A stretch of DNA of 64,000 bases, taken from positions 92,876,001 through 92,940,000 of the forward strand of contig NC_043001.1 of assembly GCF_006345805.1 (NCBI RefSeq), in the 5' to 3' direction. Under the pieces are notes generated by a model. That model saw only the letters and a list, made by a program, of their open reading frames with translations, was not told the DNA's origin and ran no database searches. The DNA is from Octopus sinensis. Taxonomy: Eukaryota. Position numbers and translations under genes: made by a program. Positions 1-12,470 of the stretch are shown in pieces; the stretch's first letter is position 1; each line of letters opens with the position of its first letter.

Positions 1-278
1 ACACAAAAGTCTCTTTCTCATTTCAGAGGATGGATTTGCTGGAGTTTCAGCGCTGGGTAAAAAGTGCCCAGTTTTTAGAGGTGGGTGATACTTCTAAAAA
101 AAATTTAGGTCATGTTCTTTGCTTTAACTGACAAAACAACTATGATGACATCATTTGAGGGAGTTGGATCTGTGTGTCTGACCATGCATGTAAAGTGGGG
201 GGACACGCCATAAAACTATGAAATGAGACAGGTTAATAATAATGCTTTAGAGAATGTGTGCACACACACACAGACACA

Positions 279-391
<113 letters not shown>

Positions 392-439
392 GTGTACAGT
401 GCTCAGGTGCACTACAACTCATCTAAAGTGTATATATAA

Positions 440-3202
440 TCAGGTGTAGTTTCGACAGATTTCGGGAAGCATGAGGGCCTTAAAGGATGCAGTGTCATGG
501 CAGTCAACAACTGATGCAGGCAGTTTATTCCACGCTTCAGCAACCCTGAGCGTGAAAAAATGTTTCCGAAAGTCATGGGAGCTGTGCTGTTTTCTGACTT
601 TGTAGGCATGTCCACGTGTGTTAGACACATGGAGATCAAAAAGGTGTTCAGTGTTGTTGTTGGTGAGGTGGTTGATAACCTTGTGGGTGTTTACCAAGTC
701 CGTCGCTAGACGCCGGAGCTTCAGTGAATCCATGCCCAGGGAAACAAGGCGCTCAGAATATGGTAGGTGTCTGATGGAGGGTATGCGTTTGGTTGCACGT
801 CTCTGGACAGATTCCAGGAGGTCAATGTTCTGAGCAAGATAGGGATTCCAAACTGATGATGCGAATTCCAAGTGTGGTCGTACCATAGCTGTATACAGTT
901 TTAAATAGATGGCTGGAGAGCGGCTAACAAAAGTCTTGCTGAGTGATGCCAAGACACCCTCGGCCTTCTTGACAATTTTAGAGATATGCTTTGTCCAACG
1001 CAAATCACTGCTGACAGTGATGCCTAGGTCACGCTCGCAAGAGGATTTCTTGATATCAGTGTTGTGGAGGGAGTATGTGGACGTAGGGTTTTTTCTCCCA
1101 AAATGCATGGTGGTACACTTGTCCACAGCCAGTTTCAGTTGCCAGTCTGTGATCCATTGCTGCATTGTGTCTAGGTCTGATTGAAGGAAAGAGTTGTAGA
1201 CATCAGGATCAGTCCTCTTGATTTCAAGGTACAGCTTGATGTCGTCTGCATATTTCAATACTGTGGCATTCTTTAAATTGGCATCTATGTCATTAATGTA
1301 TGCCACAAACAGGAGGGGACCAAGGACAGATCCCTGTGGTACACCCGATGACATCTCATATGGTGTAGAGTGCTGTCCTAGAACTGTGACTACCTCCTTT
1401 CGGCTGAGGATGAAGGATTTCAACCAGTTAAAAAGGTCATCCCCCACACCCATTGCAGAGAGTTTCACCATAAGCCTTTTGTGTGGCACAGAGTTGAAAG
1501 CCTTAGCAAAGTCAAGGTAGACAACATCCACCCATGAGCCACTGTCAGTGATCTGAGTAATGTCCTCAAGGAACTCGACAAGCTGGTCACTGCAGCTGGA
1601 GTTAGGGACAAATCCATATTGTGAGGGTCGGATGAGACTGTGAGAGCTCCAGAAGTTCCAGAGTGTTTCTCTGACACACGATTCCATCAGTTTTGCAATA
1701 CAGCTAGTGAGACTGACTGGGCGATAGTTGACAGGTGATGTGCGGTCACCCTTTTTGAACAGAGGAATGACACTGGCAGTTTTCCACTGCTCCGGAATAG
1801 CACCATTGTTGAGACAGTACTGGAAGAAAATAGAAAGCTGGTGTAAAAGGAAGTGCCTGCCAAGTTTGAGAAGCAGGTATGTAACTCCATCGAGACCAGG
1901 GGAGGCATAGTTGCGCTTATTTTGAAGGTGACGTCGCAGCATTGCAGGTGTAAATTCCATAGTTGTTATGGAGTTTGCTGTTAGTGATGGTGAAGATGGT
2001 ACATTTTGACTTTCGACAGTGAATATGTTTGCATAGCACTCGGCAATGAGTTCTGCGCATTCCTTGGGGTCGTCAGTGATCTGGTTCGTGTGAGGGTTGC
2101 GAAGAGGGCCCACTGGAGAGTGAGGTCTCTGCTTTGAATGCACATATTTCCAGAAAACCTTGCTGTCAGGATTGGCTGCTATGCACTGTTCAAATCCAAG
2201 CACTGCATTTTTTGTCACTTGCTTGAGATGGTTGGAGGATTTATTCCACTTCTTCCTGTTGGTGTCTGATTTATGCAACTTGTATTCCTGTTCAGCAGTC
2301 CGACGTTCCTTCCTGGCAAGTCGGACCGCTGAAGTTTCCCAAATTGCCCTTTTGGGGCGGTTCTTCTTTTTTTGTTTACGTGGCACTGATGCTGCACATG
2401 CTGCCCATATTGAGTCCAGGATACTCTGGAGTATAGTATTCACATCTCCAGAGTTGTAGAATTCACGCCAGTTTGGGTGCTGTAGTTCAGTGTGGTACAG
2501 GTTCCAATCTGCTCTCTTCCAATCGAAGGAAGCAGATTGGAGATGGTTCAGGTGTTTGTTGCCCGTAAGAGCCAGATTGGCGATGATCATAGCATGATCA
2601 GAGTCACCTAGAGGTTCCTCCGTAGTGCAATTGATAACCGCTTCAGGAGTTGTGGTGAAGAGCAGGTCCAAGGTGTTGTCGCCTCTTGTTGGAGAGGTGA
2701 CTACTTGTGACCAGTTTGAGTCCAGCACAAGCTCAACAAAATCGTTTGCACTCTGTGGCCAACGGAAGGTTTCCCAATCGATCTCAGGATGATTGAAATC
2801 GCCTGCAATAAACACATAAGTGGCTGTTTTCCTGGCTGCAGCTCGGAGGATGTTACAAAGCTGTGTGTCCTGATGGTAATTTGGGGGACGATAAACAACG
2901 CCAAGCAGGAGTGTTGACATGGTCATACGTACGTCACAGAAAAAAACTTCTTGTGATTCGTTCAAATCGGCACAAGAAATTACCAAAAAATTTGAACGAA
3001 CGTAGACCATCACACCACCACCACGGCGGTTAGTGCGGTCCTTACGGAAGAGGTTGTACCCCGTGATGTTGAAAACCCCATCACAGAGTAAGGAATGCGC
3101 CCATGTTTCCGTGACAGTGATGAAGTCAGGGTCAACACTTCTGACGTAGGCATTGAACAAATGTATTTTGTTGCATAAACTGCGAGCATTTAAGGATAAC
3201 AA
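440..3202 (-). CDS. LINE ORF2: APE-type endonuclease + reverse transcriptase, 920 aa (frame open from 3286; TTG is only a nominal start)
   Basis: EN motifs LNARSL, TETW, VYRPP, GDFNHP, LDL, SDH; RT motifs NYRPVSLTSC, DFAKAFNSV, GVPQGSVLGPLLF, YADD; no stops or frameshifts. Confidence 0.97.
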   Translation of the reverse strand: MLSLNARSLCNKIHLFNAYVRSVDPDFITVTETWAHSLLCDGVFNITGYNLFRKDRTNRRGGGVMVYVRSNFLVISCADLNESQEVFFCDVRMTMSTLLLGVVYRPPNYHQDTQLCNILRAAARKTATYVFIAGDFNHPEIDWETFRWPQSANDFVELVLDSNWSQVVTSPTRGDNTLDLLFTTTPEAVINCTTEEPLGDSDHAMIIANLALTGNKHLNHLQSASFDWKRADWNLYHTELQHPNWREFYNSGDVNTILQSILDSIWAACAASVPRKQKKKNRPKRAIWETSAVRLARKERRTAEQEYKLHKSDTNRKKWNKSSNHLKQVTKNAVLGFEQCIAANPDSKVFWKYVHSKQRPHSPVGPLRNPHTNQITDDPKECAELIAECYANIFTVESQNVPSSPSLTANSITTMEFTPAMLRRHLQNKRNYASPGLDGVTYLLLKLGRHFLLHQLSIFFQYCLNNGAIPEQWKTASVIPLFKKGDRTSPVNYRPVSLTSCIAKLMESCVRETLWNFWSSHSLIRPSQYGFVPNSSCSDQLVEFLEDITQITDSGSWVDVVYLDFAKAFNSVPHKRLMVKLSAMGVGDDLFNWLKSFILSRKEVVTVLGQHSTPYEMSSGVPQGSVLGPLLFVAYINDIDANLKNATVLKYADDIKLYLEIKRTDPDVYNSFLQSDLDTMQQWITDWQLKLAVDKCTTMHFGRKNPTSTYSLHNTDIKKSSCERDLGITVSSDLRWTKHISKIVKKAEGVLASLSKTFVSRSPAIYLKLYTAMVRPHLEFASSVWNPYLAQNIDLLESVQRRATKRIPSIRHLPYSERLVSLGMDSLKLRRLATDLVNTHKVINHLTNNNTEHLFDLHVSNTRGHAYKVRKQHSSHDFRKHFFTLRVAEAWNKLPASVVDCHDTASFKALMLPEICRNYT

Positions 3203-3258
3203 TTTGTACCCTGCTCGCAGTTTATGATGGTGTGTGGAGGATGGCAGATTGTCCTGGC

Positions 3259-3624
3259 TTAGTTTCCCTGAGTTGCTGTAGTCTTTTTAGTTATTGTGGG
3301 TAGAGAGCACTCAGACCAGCTGGTATCTCTCTTCCACGTTTCATCAGTCTTGACAAATCTCCAGATTTGTCCATCTTCCCGAAGACTGAAGCTTTCCTGT
3401 AGAGTTGAGTTCCTATTCAGGGAAGCCGCTACACGTAGCTTCGGACGGTAAGCCTGGGCGTGTTCGGAAGGTGGTCCGATTTTCACGCCCAGCTTTAACT
3501 GAGGCCAGATGGTAAGAGGTTGCCTCAGTGTGGTCCGAAAAAGACAGCTTGATGAGCCTAGGTTTTGGGCCAGGTCGTCCAAGGCCAGGTCGTCCAATAT
3601 GTTGTTTAGTCTCCCACAGTCAAG
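3259..3624 (-). pseudogene. 3' part of LINE ORF1 (5'-truncated, no ATG)
   Basis: Open frame directly upstream of ORF2. KIG...RPKLRV, NSTLQESFSLR and FVKTDETWKR resemble the RLG..RPLxV / VL..A..L / I..D.T..ER pattern of CR1-group ORF1 C-termini. Confidence 0.65.
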
Positions 3625-5623
3625 TCAGGTCTGAACAAAAATATCTATAAACAAACATAAAAAAAAATAGAAACCAAGTTTTATAGAAAGTTGTCTTCAA
3701 TACTTGCTAAAGTGAAAATAATATTACTCTTAGACTAGTATTCCTTTTTTCTTCACTGTATAACAATTTCTAGTTAGCATTTTAATGCTTCTTATATCAA
3801 ATATGTTAACACTTTCATAAGAATAGCATCTAAATTATTTGTTTTAAAAAATCTCTAAAAGTACCAAAACTCATAAATAACCATTTGAGCAATAATTCCT
3901 GACTGAATCATAAATAGTAACATAAAGCCATAAAACACTTTAATGATAATTAAGAAAACTCTTAAAAATAATTAATTAAAAAAATGACTATTTCAACATT
4001 TACTTGTACAAAATTAAAGAGGGAGAAAGAACAAAGCACCTGATGAAACAGCTTAACTGTTTTGACTGCATGTTGATAGACATTGTTGGAGTTGGCAAAA
4101 ATTGAAAAAAAAGCAAAGTGACTATGTAGGGACTTGAAAGAAAGACAAAGAATTCTAAAGATCTGAGAATCATGATGAATTTAAGAGATGAAAGGAGTAC
4201 TGAGCAAATGAGAACAAGGATTGAGGTAGAAATAAAAATAATAAAGCTTTCTCAATGAAAGTAAAGTAAGGCAAGTTAAAGAGAGGCTTAAAATATGCAT
4301 TAAAGGTAAATATGGCAAGCAGAACCAAGATTTGGAAAAGGTTGAATGAAAGTAATGGAAAAGGAAGAAATGACGAAATGTGGTCAGAGAATAGATAAGA
4401 AGTGAAAGGGAGTAATGGTATGATGCTGAAGAACAGTTTGAAACTATTTGGAAGGAAAGGGTACATTAGTGAAGTGTATCCTCAGTGGAAGCAAGTGTGT
4501 ATGAAATGGACATAATAGTATCATGTGAAGGAATAGCTGGAAAAGGAAAAAGAATACAGAAGAGTGGCATAAAAAGAAAGGGAAAAAACTAAAGTTAGCA
4601 TAGAAAAGGAATGAAGATATAGGAGTCTGTTTCAGATAGTGAAGTAAAGAAATAATTGTTTGTACCATTGCGAGAAAGAGAAGTGGGAAGATTGTTAATA
4701 ATTAAAACAAGCCCTAGTGTTCAAAAAAGCAAACTTCTTTCCAACTGGAAATAGTTCAGCAAGAGATTAAATACACACACAAAACACACAACACACAAAC
4801 AAACAAAAACAAAAACAAAAGGAACTGCAAAATAATATGACCAAATGAAATTAAATAGGTAGAAAAAACTAACTGTTGATCTGGCATAGTAAATTATTCA
4901 GCTGTTTCATAATCAAATTAAAAGGAATAAATTAGGAAAATATCCCCAGTTATGATGATCACATGGAATTAACTAACCATGGAGAAATATTTGTAAAATA
5001 ACTTTAGCAAAAATAAATAAAAAACTCTTTAAAATTAAAGGGAAAAAATTTACAAAATAAATATAAAATCATTTTTTAAACTGTATATTTAAATTATTTG
5101 TTATTCTATTTTTATTGCCTTCTTTTCAGTGGAGTGTTAATTGGAAAACTTTGACAGAATTTTTTCATAATTATTTTTAGTTTGTGTTCATATTAATTTT
5201 TGCTTCCTTTATTATACAAAAATATAGGTTGTTGTTGAAATATAGCCAAATTCTTTTACTTTATGAGTTGTAAAGTATTCATTTGCCAATATCATTTCAT
5301 ACAATTCAAGTGTGTGCATATTATGCATTTGCACAAATGTACACATTGATGTGGCAAAGGAGCATAGTGATGGAAAAGTACATATTTAAAAGGACTTACA
5401 AGAAACAACTTTTTTGATTTTCATAAGTGGAAAAATATGGAGTAAATATGTTTAAGTTGAAGTAAGATTCCATTGAGTCATGCCAGGAACTGATTTCAAT
5501 TCACAGTTAAAGCCACTTTATTTATAGCACTATTACGCTTCTAGGAGACATAAAATTCATTAAAAAATTTTTTGAAGTCATGTATTGTGGGAGATCCAGT
5601 TTCAGTTACCTATATATACATAC

Positions 5624-5684
<61 letters not shown>

Positions 5685-5734
5685 CTCTCTCTTTCGGAGA
5701 GGCACTGAGCAGCTATATGCACACATACACACAC

Positions 5735-5889
5735 GGCAGTAACTTCCACCTACCGAATTCAATCACAAAGCTCTGGTCGGCTCGGGGCTATAGTGGAAGA
5801 CACCTACCCAAAGTGCCACGCAGTGGGACTGAACCCGAAACTATGTAGCTAGGAAGCAAGCTCCTGAACCACACAGCCATGCCTGCGCC
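5735..5889 (-). mobile_element. tRNA-derived SINE (5' head portion)
   Basis: Minus strand GGCGCAGGCATGGCTGTGTGG...GGTTCAGTCCC (A/B-box-like); homologous to the 29820-30235 copy. Confidence 0.85.
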
Positions 5890-5916
5890 TATACACACAC
5901 ACACATATATATATAG

Positions 5917-6320
5917 GGGGAAATTTCACAAAAAAAAAAAACAAAGATGAAGACAGGCGGTGTAGACAACAAAACAAACAAATGTATTAGTCTAACGCAT
6001 GGGAAGTGAAAAAGTCTTCAATGTTTCGAGCCTATGTTCTTCCACAGCAGGAACACAGAAAGAAACAAGGAGAGAAAATAAAGGATGTGTAGTGGCTAGC
6101 AATCTATAATGGTGAATACCAGACAGAAGGGTCACACAGGAGAGCTAGGGGAAGGGGAGATAATAAAGTAGTGGTGATCCCAAAACGAAGGTGCGCGTGC
6201 GTGTGTATAAGAGTATGTATGTGCATGTGGAAGAGGACTGATGACCTTGACGTGTGCGTAGGTGCGAAGATGTGGGGATGGAAAGTGGTCAGTGCTAGTG
6301 TTTGTGTCGCGGTGTGATGT
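5917..6320. mobile_element. Probable Penelope-like pLTR-derived element with a degenerate hammerhead-like motif on the minus strand near 6015-6050
   Basis: Minus strand CTGTGGAAGAACATAGGCTCGAAACATTG; flanked by TA/CA microsatellites. Confidence 0.4.
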
Positions 6321-6354
6321 GATGTGTTGTGTGGTATGGTTGTTTATGGTGTGA

Positions 6355-6416
<62 letters not shown>

Positions 6417-6689
6417 TACATACATATATGTATACATACATATATACATACATATATATATGCATGTGTGTGTATCATTATTATCGACATTGTTTTAATG
6501 ACCACATTTTTATGCTTGCATGAATTAGATGGAGTTTATTGAGGTAGATTTTCTAATCATTTATCTTTCCTGTTTCCAAATAAGGTAGTATTTCCTCATG
6601 GCCAGACATATTTTTGCAGAACATTGGAAATGAATAACACCTGTGTGACAATAACACTCATTTACAACTATTTTGCTATAAAGACAAGG

Positions 6690-6875
6690 AAACACAAACA
6701 CACATATAATAGGATTCCAAAACAAGTTGCTGCATACCAAATCCACTTGCAAGGCTGTGTTCGGCCCAGAGCTATAGTAGAAGAAGCTTGCCAAAGATCG
6801 TATACAGCAGGACTGAACCTGAAACCATATGGTTGGGAACCAAGCTTCTTAACCATACAGCTACACCTATACCTA
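6690..6875 (-). mobile_element. Degenerate tRNA-derived SINE
   Basis: Shares CGGCCC.AGCTATAGTAGAAGA and GGACTGAACC...CCATATGGTTGG with other copies. Confidence 0.8.
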
Positions 6876-6947
6876 CCTACCTATGTATATATATCATCAT
6901 CATCATTTACTGTTCATTCTTCATGCTGGCATGGGTTTTACACACAC

Positions 6948-8062
6948 ACGAGGGTGAATCAAAGTGTAATTTTTATAAGATATACATTTCTCAATGAAAT
7001 TGGATATTTGGTACAGATATAAGAGTACATAAACTCATAGTCTTTAATTATCTTTTCTTTTTCTTTTTTTCTTCAGATATACAAAAAAAATGAGCTGATA
7101 TTAAAAAAATGGCTTCCCTGCTGGAAGTTCATCAGAATCATTAACCCTTGTTGCCAAAAGAGAATCTCCTGTAAACATTGAAAAGAGACTGAAAAATGTT
7201 TAAAAAGATAAAGTTGAGAATTCAACAGACCAAAAAAAGAATTGGGAAATTCAAGCTTAGTAGACATGCCCTGTAGTGCTGCCCATCCACTTCTGTAAAT
7301 CCTGCCAACAAGGAAAAAGTAGATGCTTAAATTAGAACTGATAGGCACTTAACTATTGATGAGCTGGCATCAGGGCTTGAAGTTAGCCATGGTAGTACTC
7401 ACATTATTGAGTCACTTCAATAATCAAAAGAGCACAGGACTGAAAGGTTAATTGTGGCACTGAACTCCTTGAACTAAGTGAAAGACGCAGAACCTTTTTT
7501 TCAACTGGTAATGAAAGTTTGATTTATCATTATGAACCAGAATCAAAACAATTAACAGAATCCAATGTCTCCAAAAACAAATCAGCTGGAATAATAATTA
7601 TTCCAGCTGATTTGTTTTTGGAGACATTGGGTGATTGTCTTTTGGGATACTTAAGGTGTTAGTCTTATTGATTTCTTGCCAAAATGAGAAACACTCACTC
7701 CTGAAGCATATACTGAGACCCACCAAATTAGACCAAATTTGGAGATGAATTAAGTTCTTTAGCATGACACTTAAACCTCAAAACAAGGGAGGTAATCACC
7801 TCTTTCAGATGGACAACTGTCATATTCTCCCTACTCACCTGGCTTGGCACCTTCAGACCTCTATTTCTGTTGTCCAATCGAAGAGACACTGCGAGACAAA
7901 CATTCTAGAGATGATGAAGAAGTGAACGCTGCTGTAAGCAATACCCTTGTAGAGAAGTAGTAATGAGAACCTGTAATGTTCAGCTATATTTTGATGTGCA
8001 ATATACTCATGTTCCTTGGTATTTTGCAAAACAAACTGCATTACTTTTTGACTCAACTTCGT
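6948..8062 (+). mobile_element. Degenerate mariner transposon
   Basis: Imperfect TIRs ACGAGGGTGAATCAAAGTGTAAT (6948) / ATTACTTTTTGACTCAACTTCGT (8040-8062); remnants IYHYEPESKQ (~7523) and PYSPGLAPSD (~7829, YSPDLAPSD motif). Confidence 0.85.
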
Positions 8063-9127
8063 GTGTGTGTGTGTGTGTGTAAGTAAGCACACATGGAAAT
8101 GACACACACATTAGTGACATTCATTTTTCTTTCAAGTTCTTTAAGCAGTATGAAAATTCAACCCAACTCACATATATAGCAAATACTCTTTGTTTTATCT
8201 TATATTTTATTAAGAAATCATTATAATAACTAGAAGAAAGACCACCTTCCAGGCGGTTTTCTGCTAACCCCTTGATAATATTTTCACATTCGATTCCCAA
8301 TTCTAATAATTTTTATGATATTTTACGTTTAATTATGTCTTTGTATAATAGTGCTTACTTGTTTAGTAAATATCGCTTGCATTATTTTATCAGTCATAAT
8401 CTCTCTTTTCTAAACAAACATCACGGTAGTCCAACAACAGAGGGAGAAGTAGTTCATCAAGTTTCACCTTCCTCTCAAAGTAACATTGAGATTTTAATTC
8501 AGTAGCCCATCTGTAAGCTTTGCAGTGTGTGTGAGAGAGAGAGGGGGGGGGCAGAGAACATTGCAAATAATGAATGAAATAAACATGAAATGAAAAAATT
8601 GTATAAATAAAAGGGCATTACTACTGATATATATGCCCCCCCCGAATTTGTTGTCTCATAACATCCAGACAAATGGATACTTTTTAACAAAATCTTCCAC
8701 AAATACCACTTCGATGTTGTGACTTCAGAGTATATGAGGATTTATGGGAAAGAAGTTTTTCGATGGGGTAGAGAGAGGAGTTTCGGAAAATTCACATGAT
8801 CTGACTCTTTTCTCTTGTAACTTTCAGGAAGATGGGTATCTTTTTATGAAAATTTATGCAAATCCCTTTTAAACAGCATAGATTACGATTATAAAGAAAT
8901 TTGTGGGGAAAACTTTTTCGGGGATTTTCCCTATTTTTTTTAAGCCACAGCCTTCGAAATGATGGGGTTGTATTGATGTTTTTCAATATTTTCCCCCATA
9001 AATACATTTATATACTATAAAAAGGTAAATTTGAGAAATTATGAATTTTTTTGCAACCTCACTCCCTACACTCAATTGCTTCCGTTTAGAAATGAAAATA
9101 TCAGAGGGCCTGAGGAGGAGGAGGAGG

Positions 9128-9222
9128 ATGAGAAGAAGAAGAAGAAGAAGAAGAGAAGAAGAAGAAGAAGAAGAAGAAGAAGAAAAAGAAGAAGAAGAAG
9201 AACAACAACAACAACAACATTA
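9128..9222. repeat. (GAA)n(CAA)n trinucleotide tract
   Basis: Read directly. Confidence 0.95.
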
Positions 9223-9269
9223 TTGAAAAATACCTTAGGAATGAGAACCCAGGTTCAAAATTTCCCCAA

Positions 9270-9315
9270 GACACCTGAAGAAGGCTGGAGGGTATATCAG
9301 CTGAAACGTTGAGTT
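9270..9315 (+). ncRNA. Minimal type I hammerhead ribozyme motif in a PLE-like pLTR (about 9225-9410)
   Basis: gacac CTGAAGA a ggctg..cagct GAAA CGTT gagtt; one mismatch in stem I. Confidence 0.55.
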
Positions 9316-10199
9316 AACAACAAACAAGATGAGGACAAATATCCATCGAATGTAAATAATGTAAATAAGGTACATAATTCCTCATCTCTAAAATATAGAA
9401 CTATAAAGAACAAATAAAATCAAAACATGATTAACTAGAAAAATATAATGAATCGAAATACAATAAAGTATAGGAAGATAGACAGAGAAATCAAGTAAAA
9501 AGCATTATACAAAATTTTTTTAAATAGAAAAATGACAAGATGTACAATTACAACAGAAAGGCTTTAAAACCAAAGAAAACTATAATGCAGCTACAAAACT
9601 ACAAGTAACAAATAGTAATTTAATGATGAAAATATCAAGTGAAAAGTGTTTTGCAGTTTGAATGGAAACAGTGGAGCCAAGATGTGAGGTGATCGAAGAA
9701 ACTATATCAACAACTCAGTTTCTATTCCAAGCTAGAACAAAATCCCTTCATTTGCACTGCTATTGCCTTATGAGAAGTAAAAGTCTCGCAATTTTCCATC
9801 TCCTTTTTTCTAAGGTAGTTATGCTTATGCTTCTGGAAGGAACATACATACTGGTGTTCACATCTTCAGACTTTAGAGATTTTGTGAGAAACAATTATTT
9901 CATTATTGCTCATCACAAGAAACCTTATGAGCTAAGAGGATAACAATAGTGACCCTCTCAATCCTACATGAATTACTGAAATGGCAGTAGCAACAACTGA
10001 GTCATCAAAACATTTAACTAAACGCATTTAGGCTTCACACGGTTAAAAACACTGGATTTTATCCTTCTCTGATTTCATAAATATAAATAATGTATATATA
10101 ATAATATATTCAGTAGATATGTGAGGACTTGAGAGGAATGAAACTAGTATGCTTCATCAGATGTGCATGTACAACAAAGAGTTGATATAGAAAAAAAAT

Positions 10200-10440
10200 G
10201 GGCATGAGGGATTAGATGTAATGTGCAAGAGAGATTGCACTGGTTTGGTCATGTGATATACATGGATGAGGAAAGCTGCATAAAGAAGTTCTGATCATTT
10301 AAAGTGGATGGAACTTGTGGAAGAGACCCAGGAAAGTAGTGAAGGTTGATTACAAGATGCTTAGCCTCACGGAGGAGATGATTGGCAATTTGCAGTGCTC
10401 AAGAAGACCCATCCATCACAGCAAATATGTAAGTCCTAGA
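10200..10440 (+). pseudogene. RTE-clade LINE ORF C-terminal remnant
   Basis: IRCNVQERLHWFGHVIYMDEESCIKKF*SFKVDGTCGR matches the RTE RRLRWxGHV..M....C..GR pattern. Confidence 0.8.
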
Positions 10441-11054
10441 TACATTTTGTCTGTGATTATATGTACTGGGTATAGTCTCTACACTCATATAGCCTTGTCA
10501 AGCATTTTCCACTTACCCTTCTCCTTTATGCTGGGTGCTGTCACTACACCCATACTGCCCTGTCAAGAATTACCTACAACTCCCTACCACCTCTCCTTGA
10601 TATTACATCCCCTAATTCATTGTTACTAGTTACTGCCTTCCTTTCCACATACTATTTCTCCTCCGCATCCCTCAGTCATACTTCATCTTAATACCTAGCA
10701 TATCTGCACTTATCTGCCATCATGTTCACTCACAATAGCTACCTTTTATGTACCTTATGTATCCTTCCCAACAGCTTCTATTTCCTACTCCTTAGACTAT
10801 CATCCCTTAGACACTCCTACCCACTCTCTTCTTCTTCCCCTATCAGCACTGATATTTCCCATCAATCCACACTTCCACTCCTATTTATCACTCACTACAT
10901 TCACCTCTACTCCAACATCTGTTCTTTTCTCCTTTCACTTTTATAACCACCTGTCCCTCCTAATCCATTGCTCATACCATCTCTTGTTCCTCCTGGGCTT
11001 TACTCTGGCAGCCCATCACTACCTTTTCCTAGATACTTCCATCCATCTTAACAA

Positions 11055-11170
11055 GGCGGGAGGGGCATCCAGCCATAGAAACTATGCCCAAGCTGACATT
11101 GAGCACAATGCAGCTCTGTGGTTCACCAGATCCTGTCACAGCAGTATTGAAGACAGGTGTTAAATGATAT
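11055..11170 (+). mobile_element. Degenerate RTE 3'-UTR/tail fragment
   Basis: GGGCATCCAGCCATAGAAAC...GTTAAATGAT, as in the 35546-35895 copy. Confidence 0.65.
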
Positions 11171-11245
11171 AACTAGTCTAATCAACTTTTTTTTTTTTTG
11201 CCATAAAACCAAATGAAAAAGACTACAATCATTATTGCAACATAT

Positions 11246-11532
11246 ATGGGAAAGTACCACCTGTGTCATCTCTTGTGAAAGGTAAGAGAGTCCAGTTTGC
11301 TGGACATTGTTGTAGAGCTGAAAAAGAGGTAATTTCTACTCTTCTCCTCTGGAAGCCATCTACTCGCAATACCAGAGAGCACACACTCTCCTACCCTGAT
11401 GTAATCTCCAGGGATACAGGCATCCAGCAACAGGACCTCCGTAATGCCATGATGGACCGTGAAGTCTGGCGTAGCATGGTAAATTCCATTGTCCCGACCA
11501 CGGTCGAACAATGATGATGAATGATGATGATG
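11246..11532 (+). mobile_element. 5'-truncated RTE-clade LINE with (TGA)n tail and 12-bp TSD
   Basis: KRVQFAGHCCRAEKEVISTLLLW...DTG...MMDREVWR; TSD ATTGCAACATAT at 11234-11245 and 11533-11544. Confidence 0.9.
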
Positions 11533-12189
11533 ATTGCAACATATTTTTCTGCTTTTAGCTTCAGCCAACATCACAGATTTCTGAGACACGGTCACACATT
11601 GTTGTGATAATGTTCCAGCATCCTTTAATTAATTAAAAAGAGATGCAATATATCGTAAGCAACCCTAGTAATGGAAGATGTAAGGGACATAACTCTTTTA
11701 TACTTAAGCAACACTTGTATGTAAATATAATTGACACATCATACATTTAATTTTCAAGTTCGTGCTGGTTATTAATTACAAAGGGAAACAATTTTGAACA
11801 TAATTTCTGTTGAGTTTGTTTTACACTGGATTTAGACGAAAACTGGCGTGCTGATTTCAAAACTGCACGAGTTTTTTTTTTTTTTTTTCTTCGGCTTATT
11901 CACTGAATAAGCACAATTGTATTGTTAGACAGTAACAGGACTGGTCAGCTGTTTTTATTATTTCACTGATAACACTGGGGAACATTTTCGAAGGTGCTGG
12001 GTTCAGAAATTTCCTATCTTTTTTGTTAAATAGTAATTAATTTTTTTTTTTTTTTACCAACTATTGTCAATTTTGCCATTAAACGCAATACTAAATAGTA
12101 CAAACTAAATAGTACTTTTTACTCTTTAACAAATATATTACATAGAATGTTTAATTACACATCTTAGTATAGATTTTTCTGTCAAACTG

Positions 12190-12470
12190 GAATTTCAGCT
12201 ACTCAAGGAGTAAACTTTCTCTTTCCTGTTCTGCATTAATAACCTGCATCACAATGGCATTCCACCTGTCTTGATACCTAGTCTCCATAGTTTTGATGTT
12301 TTGGAGGAATTTTTCTCCTTGCTCATCATTATTTACTGCACTATGATTTTCAGGGAAGTAGTCCAGATGACTGTGCAGGAAATGCACTTTGACACTCATG
12401 TTGCAGCCCAGTGCTTGAAAACTGGTTCACAGAGTCTGCACATTTTCTTCATAATTTGATGACTTCCTGG
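12190..12470 (-). pseudogene. Chapaev3-like (CMC) DNA transposase C-terminal remnant
   Basis: MSVKVHFLHSHLDYFPEN..AV..EQGE.F.Q.IKTME.RYQ.RW motif; the family assignment is from recall. Confidence 0.65.

Noticed and set aside
3630-3665. Minus-strand acceptor-like sequence just upstream of the LINE, suggesting host-LINE splicing
   Set aside because: T-rich flank can mimic an acceptor by chance; no upstream exon is established.
4020-4740. Purine-rich stretch as a coding or transposon remnant (similar at 10450-11050 and 55900-56400)
   Set aside because: No recognisable motif in any frame; left unassigned.
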